A stretch of 64,000 bases of DNA from Planctomycetota bacterium. Its GTDB lineage: Bacteria > Planctomycetota > UBA1135 > GCA-002686595. Below the pieces are notes generated by a model, which was given only the letters and a program-made list of their open reading frames with translations, ran no database searches and was not told the DNA's origin. The DNA lies in assembly GCA_012959785.1 (NCBI GenBank), contig DUCM01000011.1, forward strand, positions 61,824-125,823, read 5' to 3'. Of this stretch, positions 8,808 to 19,006 are shown piece after piece; position 1 is the first letter of the stretch; each line of letters starts with the position of its first letter. A program made the translations under genes and the position numbers.

Positions 8808-9772
8808 GCTCAAAAGCCCTCCTCGAAGTGCGCGATTTGGTGATGCATTTTCCCGTGCGCGGCGGCGTCCTGAACCGCGTGCTGCGCCGCGTCCACGCCG
8901 TCAACGGCGTTTCCTTTGCCGTGCAGCGCGGCGAGGTCTTGGGGCTAGTGGGCGAGTCCGGTTGCGGCAAGTCCACCCTGGGCAAGTGCTTGATTCGACT
9001 CCTTGAACCCACTTCGGGCTCTGTTCTCCACGACGGCAGTGAACTCGTGGGCCTCAAGCACGGCGGCTTGATGAAGCACCGCCGCAAGATGCAGATGATC
9101 TTCCAGGACCCTTACAGTTCGCTCAATCCGCGCCTTAGCGTGCGCGAGACTCTGCGCGAAGTGGCCCTCTTTCACGGCGTCGCCATGCCCCATGGTTTGG
9201 ATGCCTACATCGCGCACTTGATTGAACGAGTGGGTTTGCGGGCCGAAGCGGCCGACAAGTTTCCTCACGAGTTTTCTGGCGGCCAGCGCCAGCGCATCGG
9301 CATCGCCCGGGCCCTGGCCTGCGAACCCGAGTTTTTGGTGGCGGACGAACCGGTCTCAGCCCTCGATGTCTCGATCCAGGCCCAGGTTCTGAACCTCTTG
9401 ATGGACCTCAAGGAAGAATTCGGTCTGACCGTGGTGTTCATCTCCCACGACCTCAAAGTGATCGAGCATTTCTGCGACCGTGTGCTGGTCATGTACCTCG
9501 GTTCCATCGTGGAAGAGATCGACTGCACCCAACTGCACGCCGAAGCACGCCATCCCTACACCCGCGCGCTCCTGGGAGCCAACCCGATCAACGACCCCGC
9601 CGACCGACGCCCCTTGACCGTGCTCCAGGGCGATGTGCCCAGCCCTTTCGAACTGCCTCCCGGTTGCGCCTTCGCAGGTCGCTGTCCCGTGGTCGAAGAG
9701 CGTTGCCACCAGGAACGGCCCACCCTCAGCGAGCGGAGCGCGGGTCACAGCGTGGCCTGCCTTCTGGATTAG
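8804..9772 (+). CDS. ABC transporter ATP-binding protein (OppF/DppF-like)
   Basis: Walker A GESGCGKST, signature FSGGQRQR, Walker B FLVADEPVSALD, PPGCAFAGRCP. ATGA overlap with the upstream gene, preceded by GGGAGG. Confidence 0.9.
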   Translation: MSSKALLEVRDLVMHFPVRGGVLNRVLRRVHAVNGVSFAVQRGEVLGLVGESGCGKSTLGKCLIRLLEPTSGSVLHDGSELVGLKHGGLMKHRRKMQMIFQDPYSSLNPRLSVRETLREVALFHGVAMPHGLDAYIAHLIERVGLRAEAADKFPHEFSGGQRQRIGIARALACEPEFLVADEPVSALDVSIQAQVLNLLMDLKEEFGLTVVFISHDLKVIEHFCDRVLVMYLGSIVEEIDCTQLHAEARHPYTRALLGANPINDPADRRPLTVLQGDVPSPFELPPGCAFAGRCPVVEERCHQERPTLSERSAGHSVACLLD

Positions 9773-9841
9773 AGCCCCGCCCTATTGGATCAGGCCCCAC
9801 GGGCCGGCCACACCCCTGACAGCATCTGCCCACCGCACTCC

Positions 9842-11353
9842 ATGAAACAGGAACGCATCGTCGCCATCGACCAGGGCACCACCAGCACGCGCTGCTTTGT
9901 GTTCGACGCCCGAGGCATGGTTCTGGGTCTGGGTCAGAAGGAACATGAACAGTTCTTTCCCCGGCCGGGATGGGTCGAGCACGATGCTCTGGAAATCTGG
10001 CGCGCCACCCAGAACACGGTGGCAGAGGCCCTACAAGCCGCCGGCGACGGTCCGCCGCCCGCTGCGGTGGGCATCACCAATCAGCGCGAGACTCTGGTGA
10101 TCTGGAACCCGAAGACCGGCCAGCCCTGGCTGCCGGCCATCGTCTGGCAGGACACGCGCACCAAGGAACTCTGCGAAGAACTCGCCGGCGACGAAGGCAA
10201 GGACCGTTTTCGAGCCCGCACGGGGCTCCCCCTGGCGACCTACTTCAGCGGCCCCAAGTTGCGCTGGGCCCTCGACCACACGCCAGGCCTGCGCGCGGCT
10301 GCCCAGCGCGGCGAGGTTTTTGCGGGCACCATCGATTCCTGGCTGATCTGGAATCTCACTGGCGGAATCCAGGGCGGCGTCTTCGTCACCGATGTCACCA
10401 ACGCTTCGCGCACGCTTCTGTTTCACCTGGAGGATCTTTCCTGGGATGCTGAACTGCTCGCGGCCCTTGATGTGCCCGCCTCTGTTCTGCCTCGGGTCGT
10501 TTCCTCCAGCGACCGCACTCCCTGGGGCTACACCGATCCAGGCGGTCCCTTCGGCGTGCGCGTTCCGGTCTGCGCAGCTCTTGGCGACCAACAGGCCGCG
10601 CTTCTGGGCCAGGGCTGCTTCGATCCCGGCGACGCCAAGAACACCTATGGCACGGGCTGTTTCCTCTTGGCGCACACGGGCACCAAGCCCGTTTTTTCCC
10701 GATCAGGTCTAATCACCACTGTGGCTCACCGACTTGGTGACGAGCCCGCCTGTTACGCTCTCGAAGGATCGGTGGCCATCGCCGGGGCTCTGGTGCAGTG
10801 GTTGCGCGACAACCTGGGCTTGATCTCCAGCGCCTCCGAGATCGAGGCTCTGGCCGCCAGCGTCCCCGACACAGGTGGGGTTTACCTCGTGCCGGCCTTC
10901 TCGGGGCTCTTCGCTCCCCACTGGCGTGCCGATGCCCGCGGAGTGCTCGTGGGACTGACGCGCTTTTCCACCAAGGCCCACATCGCCCGCGCCGCTCTGG
11001 AAGCTGTGGCCCACCAAGTCGCCGATGTCCTCGATGCCATGCGGGTCGACACCGGCCTGACCTTGGACGAGCTGCGCGTGGACGGGGGCATGGTGCAGAA
11101 CGAACTGCTGTGCACGATCCAAGCCAACCTCAGCAACCTGGAACTCGTGCGCCCGGCCCAGACGGAAACCACGGCCCTGGGCGCCGCCTACGCCGCCGGT
11201 CTGGCCGTGGATGTCTTCGGTAGCCTGGCCGAATTGCGCGAACTCTGGACCGAAGACCGCCGCTTCCGCCCCACTTTCGACCCGGCCCACCGCCAACGCG
11301 AACGCAGCACCTGGGCCAAGGCCCTCGAACGCAGCCTGGGCTGGGTGGAGTAG
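9842..11353 (+). CDS. glpK: Glycerol kinase
   Basis: 503 aa. N-terminus [30 protein letters not shown], and FGGY-family pattern throughout ([27 protein letters not shown]). Confidence 0.95.
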   Translation: MKQERIVAIDQGTTSTRCFVFDARGMVLGLGQKEHEQFFPRPGWVEHDALEIWRATQNTVAEALQAAGDGPPPAAVGITNQRETLVIWNPKTGQPWLPAIVWQDTRTKELCEELAGDEGKDRFRARTGLPLATYFSGPKLRWALDHTPGLRAAAQRGEVFAGTIDSWLIWNLTGGIQGGVFVTDVTNASRTLLFHLEDLSWDAELLAALDVPASVLPRVVSSSDRTPWGYTDPGGPFGVRVPVCAALGDQQAALLGQGCFDPGDAKNTYGTGCFLLAHTGTKPVFSRSGLITTVAHRLGDEPACYALEGSVAIAGALVQWLRDNLGLISSASEIEALAASVPDTGGVYLVPAFSGLFAPHWRADARGVLVGLTRFSTKAHIARAALEAVAHQVADVLDAMRVDTGLTLDELRVDGGMVQNELLCTIQANLSNLELVRPAQTETTALGAAYAAGLAVDVFGSLAELRELWTEDRRFRPTFDPAHRQRERSTWAKALERSLGWVE

Positions 11354-11391
11354 GGGCGGGGCCTGGAGCCAGCTCGGGGACCCCTCCCCGG

Positions 11392-11647
11392 ATGAGGCGC
11401 TCGCGGGGCGCCCCTCAACATCCCAAGAAAGTTTTTGGGGTTCCCCTTTGCCGCCCGTCCACAGCGCGCATCTATCCATTGTTGTGCGGCAAGAATTTGT
11501 GCGGCAAAAATTCTTCCGACTGGCGCTGGCCTCTCAGGCATGGACGGAGAGGCCCTGGTGGGGATCTTTTCCGCGCGCGATTACGCCCGCAAGGTGGCCC
11601 TGGCGGGCCGCTCCTCGCGGGCGACTATCCGGGTTAGCCTCGGCTAG
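11392..11647 (+). pseudogene. Eroded CBS-domain gene remnant
   Basis: Frame of ORF 11435..11647 contains GEALVGIFSARDYARKVALAGRSSRAT, which matches the central block of roughly 140-aa tandem-CBS proteins (..VGIISERDYARKVvL.GrSS..T). The flanking two-thirds of such a protein is missing. The N-terminal-like piece is in another frame (ORF 11392..11637). The end abuts the hutU stop. Confidence 0.45.
11482..11511 (+). repeat. 15-nt tandem direct repeat TTGTGCGGCAA[G/A]AAT x2
   Basis: 11482-11496 ttgtgcggcaagaat and 11497-11511 ttgtgcggcaaaaat are adjacent with one mismatch. Confidence 0.9.
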
Positions 11648-11650
11648 CCG

Positions 11651-13321
11651 CTACTCCAAGAACGGCAAATCGATGCCGCGCTCTCGAGCGCAGGCTTCGG
11701 CGGCGGGATAGCCCGCGTCGGCGTGGCGCATGACACCCGTGGCCGGATCGTTGGTGAGCACTCGCACCACGGCCGCCTCGGCCTCGGGAGTTCCGTCGGC
11801 CACGGTGACCTGACCGGAATGAAGGGAGTAGCCCATGCCCACGCCTCCTCCGTGGTGGAAGGAAACCCAACTGGCTCCCGAGGCCACATTCAGCATGCAG
11901 TTGAGGAGCGGCCAGTCGGCCACGGCGTCGGTGCCGTCGAGAAGCCCCTCCGTTTCGCGGTTGGGAGAAGCCACCGAACCGCAGTCGAGATGATCTCGGC
12001 CGATCACCAAGGGAGCTGTGATCTCGCCTCTCGCCACGGCTTCGTTGAAAGCCCGACCGGCCTGCGCGCGTGCGCCATAGCCCAACCAACAAATGCGCGC
12101 CGGCAAGCCCTGGAACTGAATCTGCTCGCTGGCCAAACGAATCCAACGGCAGAGGGCTTCGTCCTCGGGAAACAATTCGAGGATGATGCGGTCCGTGACC
12201 GCAATGTCGGCCGGATCGCCCGAGAGCGCCACCCAACGGAAAGGGCCCTTGCCCTCGCAAAACAAGGGCCGCACATACTTGGGCACAAAACCATCGAAAT
12301 CAAAGGCGTTTTCCAGGCCAGCCGCAAGAGCATGGCCGCGCAGGTTGTTGCCGTAGTCGAAGGTGTCCGCGCCGCGGCGTTGCAGCTCGATCATGGCCTT
12401 GGTGTGGTCCACCATGGTGCGGAACGATTCGGCTTCGTAGGCCTGCGGGTCGGAGCGGCGCAACAAGAGGGCGGATTCGAGGCTCATGCCGTTGGGCACA
12501 TAGCCGTCGAGAGGATCGTGAGCGCTGGTCTGGTCAGTCAGAACATCAGGCACGATGCCGCGCAGAATCAAGCGCTCCAACAGGTCCACCGCGTTGGCGT
12601 GCACACCGATCGAACGAGCCACGCCAGCCTCCTTCCAGGCCAGGGCCTGGTCTATGGCCGTGTCAAGATCCTCGATGCAGACATCGGTGTAGCCCGTTTC
12701 GAGGCGTTTCTTGATGCGCTGCGAATCAACCTCGGCCGCCAGGCAAGTGCCGCCGTTCATGGTGGCGGCAAGGGGCTGGGCGCCGCCCATGCCCCCCAGG
12801 CCAGCGGTCACCACAAGGCGTCCCTTGAGGCTGCCGCCGAAGTGCTTTTTGGCCGAGGCTGAAAAAGTCTCGTAGGTGCCCTGGAGAATGCCTTGGCTGC
12901 CGATGTAGATCCAAGAACCCGCGGTCATCTGGCCGTACATCATCTTGCCCTCGGCCTCGAGTTTGCGGAAGTGCTCCCAGTTAGCCCACTTCCCCACCAA
13001 GTTCGAGTTGGCGATCAGGACCCGCGGCGCTGTACAGGTGGTGCGAAAGACGCCAACCGGGCGGCCGGACTGAACGAGCAGAGTTTCATCGGGCTCGAGA
13101 CGCTTGAGGGTGGCGATGATGGCTTGAAAACTGGGCCAGTCGCGGGCCGCCTTGCCGCTGCCGCCGTAGACAACGAGGTTCTCGGGATCCTCGGCCACCT
13201 CGGGGTCGAGGTTGTTCATCAACATGCGCATGGCGGCCTCGGCGCCCCAGGTCTTGCAGGAAAGCTGGGTGCCGCGGGGGGCCCTCTGGGGGCCGGTGGG
13301 AATCTCTTCGTTGTGAATCAT
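11651..13321 (-). CDS. hutU: Urocanate hydratase
   Basis: 556 aa starting at [44 protein letters not shown]... with the urocanase pattern throughout. ATG 13321 is preceded by AAGGAGAG. Confidence 0.95.
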   Translation of the reverse strand: MIHNEEIPTGPQRAPRGTQLSCKTWGAEAAMRMLMNNLDPEVAEDPENLVVYGGSGKAARDWPSFQAIIATLKRLEPDETLLVQSGRPVGVFRTTCTAPRVLIANSNLVGKWANWEHFRKLEAEGKMMYGQMTAGSWIYIGSQGILQGTYETFSASAKKHFGGSLKGRLVVTAGLGGMGGAQPLAATMNGGTCLAAEVDSQRIKKRLETGYTDVCIEDLDTAIDQALAWKEAGVARSIGVHANAVDLLERLILRGIVPDVLTDQTSAHDPLDGYVPNGMSLESALLLRRSDPQAYEAESFRTMVDHTKAMIELQRRGADTFDYGNNLRGHALAAGLENAFDFDGFVPKYVRPLFCEGKGPFRWVALSGDPADIAVTDRIILELFPEDEALCRWIRLASEQIQFQGLPARICWLGYGARAQAGRAFNEAVARGEITAPLVIGRDHLDCGSVASPNRETEGLLDGTDAVADWPLLNCMLNVASGASWVSFHHGGGVGMGYSLHSGQVTVADGTPEAEAAVVRVLTNDPATGVMRHADAGYPAAEACARERGIDLPFLE

Positions 13322-13359
13322 GGTCTTTTCTCTCTCCTTGTCTTCGGAGCAGTGCCAAT

Positions 13360-14925
13360 TCAAGTGCTGAGTCGACCGGCCTGCTTTTCCACAGCGCTCA
13401 ACAAGTCGCCGCTGGCGATCAAATCGCGGGCCGCCTCGATGTCGTCGCGCATGTAACGATCGCCCTTGAGAGTGGGCACCTTCTGGCGCAAGCAGTCGTG
13501 GGCCGCCGTCGAGCCCTTGCCAGCGCGCAGCTCGGGATGAAAGTCGCGGCCCTGCGCGGCGCAGAGCCACTCGATGGCGAGCCCGTGCTCCACATTGTCC
13601 AGGATCTCGCGCGCCTTGCGGGCGGCGATGGTGCCCATGGAGACATGGTCCTCCTGGTTGGCGCTGGTGGGGATCGAATCCACCGAGGCGGGGTGCGCCA
13701 GGGTCTTGTTTTCGCTAGCCAGCGCCGCCGCGGAGACTTGCATGATCATGAAGCCCGAGCACAGTCCGGGCTGGGAAGTGAGAAAGGGCGGCAGCCCCGA
13801 GAGATCGGGGTTGACGAGCTGCTCCACGCGGCGCTCGGAGATGTTGGCCAAGGTGCACAGGGAGAGCGCGAGGTAGTCCATCACCATGGACACTGGCTGG
13901 CCGTGGAACTGGCCCGCGCTGATGACCTCGCCGGTGTCGGGGAAGATCACTGGGTTGTCGGTGACGGCGTTGACCTCGGCCGCCAGGACCTGGCCCACAT
14001 GGGTCAGAGCTGTCTTGAAGGCGCCGTGGACCTGGGGGATGCAGCGCAGGGAATAGGGGTCCTGCACGCGGTCGCAATCGGCATGGCTCTTGAGTACCTG
14101 AGAGCTCTTCAAGAGGCGCTTGAAGTTGCTCGCCGTCGTGCGGTGCCCGGCGCTGCCTTTCAGTTCGGCGAGGCGCGCATCAAACGGCGCAGCGCTGCCA
14201 AAGAGGGCTTCCAGGGAGAGGGCGGCGATGGCATCGGCCGCCTTCGACAGGTTGACAGCGCGCAACCAGGTAGCGCAACCCACGGCCTTCATGATCTCGG
14301 TGCCGTTGATCAGGGCCAGGCCTTCCTTGGCGCCGAGCACCAGAGGCTTGATCCCGACAGCCTTGAGGGCGGCCCGCGCCGTGCGGCGCTTGCCTCCCAC
14401 CCAGGCGTGGCCATAGCCCAAGTAGCTAGCCGCCACATGGGAAAGCGGCGCCAGGTCGCCGCTGGCGCCTACCGAACCCTTTTGCGGCACCTCGGGCACA
14501 AAGCCCGCATTGAACAGGGCCAGGAGTTTGTCGATCAGTGCGACGCTGACGCCAGAGTGCCCGCGCACCAACCCGTTCAGGCGCAGGACCTGGGAAATGC
14601 GGACTTCGTGCAAGGGCATGGCCGGGCCGATGCCGCAGGCGTGGGACAGCACGATGTTGCGCTGCAAGGTCTCGAGGTCCTCAGCAGCGATGGCCACGCT
14701 CTTCAACTTGCCGAAGCCAGTGGTCAAGCCATAGACCACATGCCCGGCGCTCACATGGTCTTCCACCAATTGCCGCGCGGCGCGCACGCGCTGCTTCGCG
14801 GCCCTGGAGACGGACAACTCGAATGTTTCGCCCGCCACAAGGGGAGCCAAGTCGTCGAGGCCGAGGGAACGGCCGTCGAGGATCAGTTTGGATTTGCGCT
14901 TCAAGGGACCCCGGGCCCGGATCAT
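13360..14925 (-). CDS. hutH: Histidine ammonia-lyase
   Basis: 521 aa. MIO-forming ASGDLAPLS motif and the PAL/HAL pattern ([29 protein letters not shown]). Confidence 0.95.
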   Translation of the reverse strand: MIRARGPLKRKSKLILDGRSLGLDDLAPLVAGETFELSVSRAAKQRVRAARQLVEDHVSAGHVVYGLTTGFGKLKSVAIAAEDLETLQRNIVLSHACGIGPAMPLHEVRISQVLRLNGLVRGHSGVSVALIDKLLALFNAGFVPEVPQKGSVGASGDLAPLSHVAASYLGYGHAWVGGKRRTARAALKAVGIKPLVLGAKEGLALINGTEIMKAVGCATWLRAVNLSKAADAIAALSLEALFGSAAPFDARLAELKGSAGHRTTASNFKRLLKSSQVLKSHADCDRVQDPYSLRCIPQVHGAFKTALTHVGQVLAAEVNAVTDNPVIFPDTGEVISAGQFHGQPVSMVMDYLALSLCTLANISERRVEQLVNPDLSGLPPFLTSQPGLCSGFMIMQVSAAALASENKTLAHPASVDSIPTSANQEDHVSMGTIAARKAREILDNVEHGLAIEWLCAAQGRDFHPELRAGKGSTAAHDCLRQKVPTLKGDRYMRDDIEAARDLIASGDLLSAVEKQAGRLST

Positions 14926-15023
14926 CCGGGAACGGGCTCAGGGAGGGACTGGAGGGGTCGGGGAAGGGGCCCCGGAGTCTATCCCAGGGACCTGCGCGGC
15001 GAGAAGAGACCCCAGCCAGAATT

Positions 15024-15038
15024 GGGCGCGTCGCGCCC
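15024..15038 (-). terminator. Short GC hairpin after the 15045..16778 gene (weak terminator candidate)
   Basis: GGGCGCG-A-CGCGCCC palindrome 7 nt downstream of the stop codon. No U-tract follows. Confidence 0.25.
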
Positions 15039-15044
15039 CGCTGC

Positions 15045-16778
15045 TTAGCGACGGGCCTGGCTGCCCCTGAGGGAGCGCCGCAAGTCGGCGGACTGGCCCT
15101 GGATGGCTCCCGCGGGCAGCGGGATGAAGAGGTCCTGATCCTCTTCAAGCACGATCGTCGTGGGCTGGCCGATCCGATCCCCGGCCCAACGCGCCGTGTA
15201 GCGCCAGATCCCCCGGGTCAGGCCCTCAATTTCGAGACGCTCGTCGGGCGCCAGGAGCGCCGCGTAGGGTTTGCCGTTCACGGCGTACTCCACCGGCAGG
15301 GCTTGGAAACGCGACGAGGTTTCCAGCGTGAGGCTGACCCCTTCGGTCTTCGCCACAGCCAGTTCGAGGTCAGCTTCGCGCACCCCGGCTTCCACGGGCC
15401 GACCGGCCCAGGCGCGGCCGTCGGCGCTGCGGGCGGTGAGGTAGCGCAGGGGCGCGATACTCTCGCAAGCCGAAAAAACAAAGCGTCCGTCAGCACCGGT
15501 CACGACTGTCTGGCGTGCGCTCGACGCAGGACCGGCGAGGTTCACCTCGGCCTGAGCCCGACCCAAGGCCCCGCCGCGGGCAACGATGCTGGCACCTGTG
15601 ATATCGGGAGCTTCGAGTTGCACCACGGCCCCCACCGCCGGATTGCCATCGAAGAGCACGCGACCGGCAAGGATCGGTGTGGCGCTCATGGAAAAAGTCA
15701 AAGTGCGCGCCTTGCCCGCGATCAGAGTGGTCTCGCGAGCTGCGGGCTCAACCATGGCCCCGGGCTGAAAGACCTCGACCCGCACGCGACCAGAGGGCAG
15801 GCCGAAGATTTCGCGAGTCTCGCCGGCGTAGAGCGTGATGTCGCTCTTCTGGTGCCAGGGGTACTTGCGTTCGCGGCCAGCAAAGCGGGCCTCGAGAGGA
15901 CGGGTGATCTTGACCCTCGCCGGCGCTCCGGTACCCACGCGATCGGGCAGGACGATGCGCAGGCGAGCTTCCTCCTCGAGGGTGTAGCTCAAACGGCCCT
16001 TCTCGATCGTGGTGCCCGCGGTGATCCTGGCCTCTTGGCGCAGGTCAGCATAGCCGGGCTTGGAAAGGAACACGGGCAGCTTGCCCGAGGTCATGCGCAC
16101 GAAACGGAATACGCCCTCTTCATCGGTCTCCTGAATCTGACCGTCCATTTCGACCCGAACGCCCGCAACAAAATTGTTGCGGCGATCGAATACCTGGCCA
16201 AAGACCACTGCCGAGCGGCCGAAGCCGATGTTGAGCCGCGTGCTGCGCTTTTCGCGCAAGCGCACTTCACGCAGAGCGCCGGGTACGCCACGGCCCGTGA
16301 TCCGCACCAGGCCCAGGCCCGGGTAAAGATCGTTCGCGCCAAATCTACCCTTGGGTCCCAGAACCAGCACGCGGCCGGTGTTGGCTCCGGCGACAAACTC
16401 AGCCTGACCCACCACGCCCTTGCCGTTCGAGTCGTGTACCGAACCGCGCAAGCGAGCCGTGGCGTCATAGCCCATGTCGGGCACGCCGGGAGACGAGAGC
16501 CGGCCGCGGGTAGAGAGCAACTCGAATTCGATTTGCAAAGGGAACACCACTGTGGTGCTCAGCTCCGCCGCCTGGTCGATTTCCCCCGAGGTCAAGGCCC
16601 GGGGAGAGTCGTCTTCAGTGACAACGGCTGGAGCGTCGAGGGCTTCATCCTCGGCGGAAAAACCGCGTGAAAGCGCCCGGCCGTCTCCCCGCGGATCCCC
16701 GCCCAGGGAATAGAACACACCGCCGCCCAGGGCCGCGAGGGCCAGCAGGGCCAGGGGCAAGAACAGTTTTCGGTTCAT
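15045..16778 (-). CDS. Secreted or anchored protein with repeated carboxypeptidase-regulatory-like (CarboxypepD_reg) beta-sandwich domains
   Basis: ATG 16778 gives MNRKLFLPLALLALAALGGGVF. Repeated G.V.D..G.PV.GA.V modules are present (GSVHDSNGKGVVGQAEF, GQVFDRRNNFVAGVRVEMDG..ETDEEGVFRF). Confidence 0.65.
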   Translation of the reverse strand: MNRKLFLPLALLALAALGGGVFYSLGGDPRGDGRALSRGFSAEDEALDAPAVVTEDDSPRALTSGEIDQAAELSTTVVFPLQIEFELLSTRGRLSSPGVPDMGYDATARLRGSVHDSNGKGVVGQAEFVAGANTGRVLVLGPKGRFGANDLYPGLGLVRITGRGVPGALREVRLREKRSTRLNIGFGRSAVVFGQVFDRRNNFVAGVRVEMDGQIQETDEEGVFRFVRMTSGKLPVFLSKPGYADLRQEARITAGTTIEKGRLSYTLEEEARLRIVLPDRVGTGAPARVKITRPLEARFAGRERKYPWHQKSDITLYAGETREIFGLPSGRVRVEVFQPGAMVEPAARETTLIAGKARTLTFSMSATPILAGRVLFDGNPAVGAVVQLEAPDITGASIVARGGALGRAQAEVNLAGPASSARQTVVTGADGRFVFSACESIAPLRYLTARSADGRAWAGRPVEAGVREADLELAVAKTEGVSLTLETSSRFQALPVEYAVNGKPYAALLAPDERLEIEGLTRGIWRYTARWAGDRIGQPTTIVLEEDQDLFIPLPAGAIQGQSADLRRSLRGSQARR

Positions 16779-16823
16779 GGAGAGGTGGGCAGCGCCGAGG
16801 GCCATGATAGCGTCCCTCCAGGT

Positions 16824-16845
16824 CTGAAAGGTCCGGGGCTTTCAG
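16824..16845 (-). promoter_or_regulatory. 7-bp hairpin between wzy-like gene and downstream gene
   Basis: ctgaaag (16824-16830) and ctttcag (16839-16845) are complementary, with an 8-nt loop. Confidence 0.3.
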
Positions 16846-16869
16846 GCATAGCACCCAAAAAGCGCGCGG

Positions 16870-18132
16870 TTACACCCTGCTGGCCACCCGTGCCCTGCTC
16901 CACTGCGAATAGACGCTTTCTAGCACGAGGCTATAAACTCCGACCTGAATCCACTGGCTGGTCAGGGTTAGGAATTGGTCCTGAAAAAAGACCAGCAGCA
17001 CGGGATAGAAAGCAAAGGCTCGGATGACGATCAAATAGGTGGGTGGTCGCGAGCGCGTGAACAGTAGGCCCAGAGCTGCACCGATCAAGGCCAGATAGAC
17101 CAGGAACCCCCAACCAAAATCCAAAAACGGCGCATGAATGAATGTGTAAGCGTTGGCTGGCAAGGGCACCTTGACAAACTCCTGGGTGAGGGCCAGGGGC
17201 GTGGAATTCGGCACCCCGAGGGCTTCGAGCAGGGCGTAGATGAAGCGAAAGGTGTACTGCCCATCGGTGTGCTCCAGCGACGAATTGAGGGCCACATCCA
17301 GGGCGCTCAAGGGCGAGAGGGTGTAATACAGAACCGATTGAACCCCCGCCTGGACATTGGCCCAGAAGGAGAGATCGATGCCGCCGGCCTTCTTCAAGAG
17401 CACTCCAGAGAGAATGAAGAGCGAGGCTAGCAGTGCGGCGTAGGCACCCATCTGACGCTTGCCAAGTGCTTTCGTGGTGTGACCACAAAAAGCCGCGGCC
17501 ACGAGCAGCATGAAAATTGCTGTGCGCTGGGTCGTGAGGAAGGCGATGGCGATGGCGATGGCCAGGGCCAGATAGCTTGCGATGCGCTGCCTGAAGAGAG
17601 CGTTGCGGCTGCGCGTCACCAGGTAGATTGCTGACACATAAACAAAGGTGCATGCGTACTTGATCACACCCCAATCCGCGCCTTCGTAGTTCAAGGCGAC
17701 ACGCAGAGCCTGAGGAATGTTGACGCCTTCGACCCCTGCCGTAATCGTCCGGGCTTTGAAGAAGACCAACACCAAGATACCGACACCCATGGCGATGAAG
17801 TACTTATCGAGGCGCTTCTCTGGGCCCCGGGAAGGCGATATGTAAGGCGCCACTTCCGGTCGGCGTGCTCCCAGATGCAGAGAGTTCGCCAACACGAAAC
17901 CCACGCAGATAGCGATCACGCCGCCAGTCACGGCTCCGGTGGCCACGATGCTCGCCTCGTTGAGCGGAATGATGGCCGCTTTGCTGACAATCCAGTGCAA
18001 GGCGAGCACAGCGATCCAAACCGAGAGCAGAATACGGAGGATGTAGTAGTTGCGCGGCGCTCGAGCGCCGATCAAGGCGTAGAGGGCACACAAGATGACC
18101 AGCGGGAGGGCGTAAGCCACGCTAGCTGACAC
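16870..18132 (-). CDS. Oligosaccharide repeat-unit (O-antigen/EPS) polymerase, Wzy-like
   Basis: 420-aa polytopic membrane protein (10 or more hydrophobic segments) inside a wza-wzc cluster. Markedly lower G+C than its neighbours, as is typical of wzy genes. GTG start. Confidence 0.6.
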   Translation of the reverse strand: MSASVAYALPLVILCALYALIGARAPRNYYILRILLSVWIAVLALHWIVSKAAIIPLNEASIVATGAVTGGVIAICVGFVLANSLHLGARRPEVAPYISPSRGPEKRLDKYFIAMGVGILVLVFFKARTITAGVEGVNIPQALRVALNYEGADWGVIKYACTFVYVSAIYLVTRSRNALFRQRIASYLALAIAIAIAFLTTQRTAIFMLLVAAAFCGHTTKALGKRQMGAYAALLASLFILSGVLLKKAGGIDLSFWANVQAGVQSVLYYTLSPLSALDVALNSSLEHTDGQYTFRFIYALLEALGVPNSTPLALTQEFVKVPLPANAYTFIHAPFLDFGWGFLVYLALIGAALGLLFTRSRPPTYLIVIRAFAFYPVLLVFFQDQFLTLTSQWIQVGVYSLVLESVYSQWSRARVASRV

Positions 18133-18889
18133 CGGTCAGGACAATGCCCACATTGCAGGCCGCGCCCAAGAGCGGAAAGGGCGTGCCCAAGAGACGAACC
18201 GCACCGAAGCGTTCACAAAAATCATGCACCACTTCGCGGTAGTCGAAGCCCTTGTGGGTCAGGGCCTGTTTTTCTTCCCGTTCTCTCGCCACCGCGCGCA
18301 GATCCCCCATGCTGGCGCGCAGGACTTCGGAAAATGACCAACGCCCCGAGCGATCACCCGTGCGCTTGTAGCCCGTGGCATACGCCGCGAGTTCCTTGAC
18401 CACCAGGGACAGCCCGTGCTCGATGGGCACGCTCACGCCCACGCGCCCCCCCACTCGCACCAAGCTGGCCATGCGATCGAGAACCTGACCGGGATCGGGG
18501 CAGTGTTCGAGGGTTTCCAGGCAGGTCACGATGTCAAAGCGCTCGCCATCCAGCGCAGACTGCATGAAGTCCTCGTTGCGGAACTCGAGATTTTCCCTCG
18601 GCTCCCAGTGATCGGCGGCACCGCTCCAGCCCAAGTCAATACCCAAGCCGCGGCGAACGCGGGGGGCCACGGAGAGAAGCCAGGTGCCGTCGCCGCAGCC
18701 CAAGTCGAGGATCGAAGGTGCATCTTCGGCGGCTTCGGATGCGCGCTCCCCATCAAACAGCGCCCGAGTCAGGATCTCCAGGCGTCTGGAGTAACGAAAA
18801 CCGGTCAAGGCCGCGCCGCCATACACCTTGGAGTTCAGAGCGGGGCTCGTGATTTCCGCGGTCCGTCGCGTTGAAGAGGATGTGTTCAC
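18122..18889 (-). CDS. Class I SAM-dependent methyltransferase
   Basis: Motif I ILDLGCGDGTWLL and FDIVTCLETLEHCPDP. GTG start. Overlaps the wzy-like start by 11 nt. Confidence 0.8.
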   Translation of the reverse strand: MNTSSSTRRTAEITSPALNSKVYGGAALTGFRYSRRLEILTRALFDGERASEAAEDAPSILDLGCGDGTWLLSVAPRVRRGLGIDLGWSGAADHWEPRENLEFRNEDFMQSALDGERFDIVTCLETLEHCPDPGQVLDRMASLVRVGGRVGVSVPIEHGLSLVVKELAAYATGYKRTGDRSGRWSFSEVLRASMGDLRAVAREREEKQALTHKGFDYREVVHDFCERFGAVRLLGTPFPLLGAACNVGIVLTGVS

Positions 18890-19006
18890 TCAGTCTGTTC
18901 CGTGTCTAGGGACAGAGGATCGGCGGCGGCGTGTGATCAGGGGCTGTGAGCCAGAAGAGGGCAAGCTCTTGCGGTGTTCGGAGTCTGTTCCCATGAACTA
19001 CGCCAA

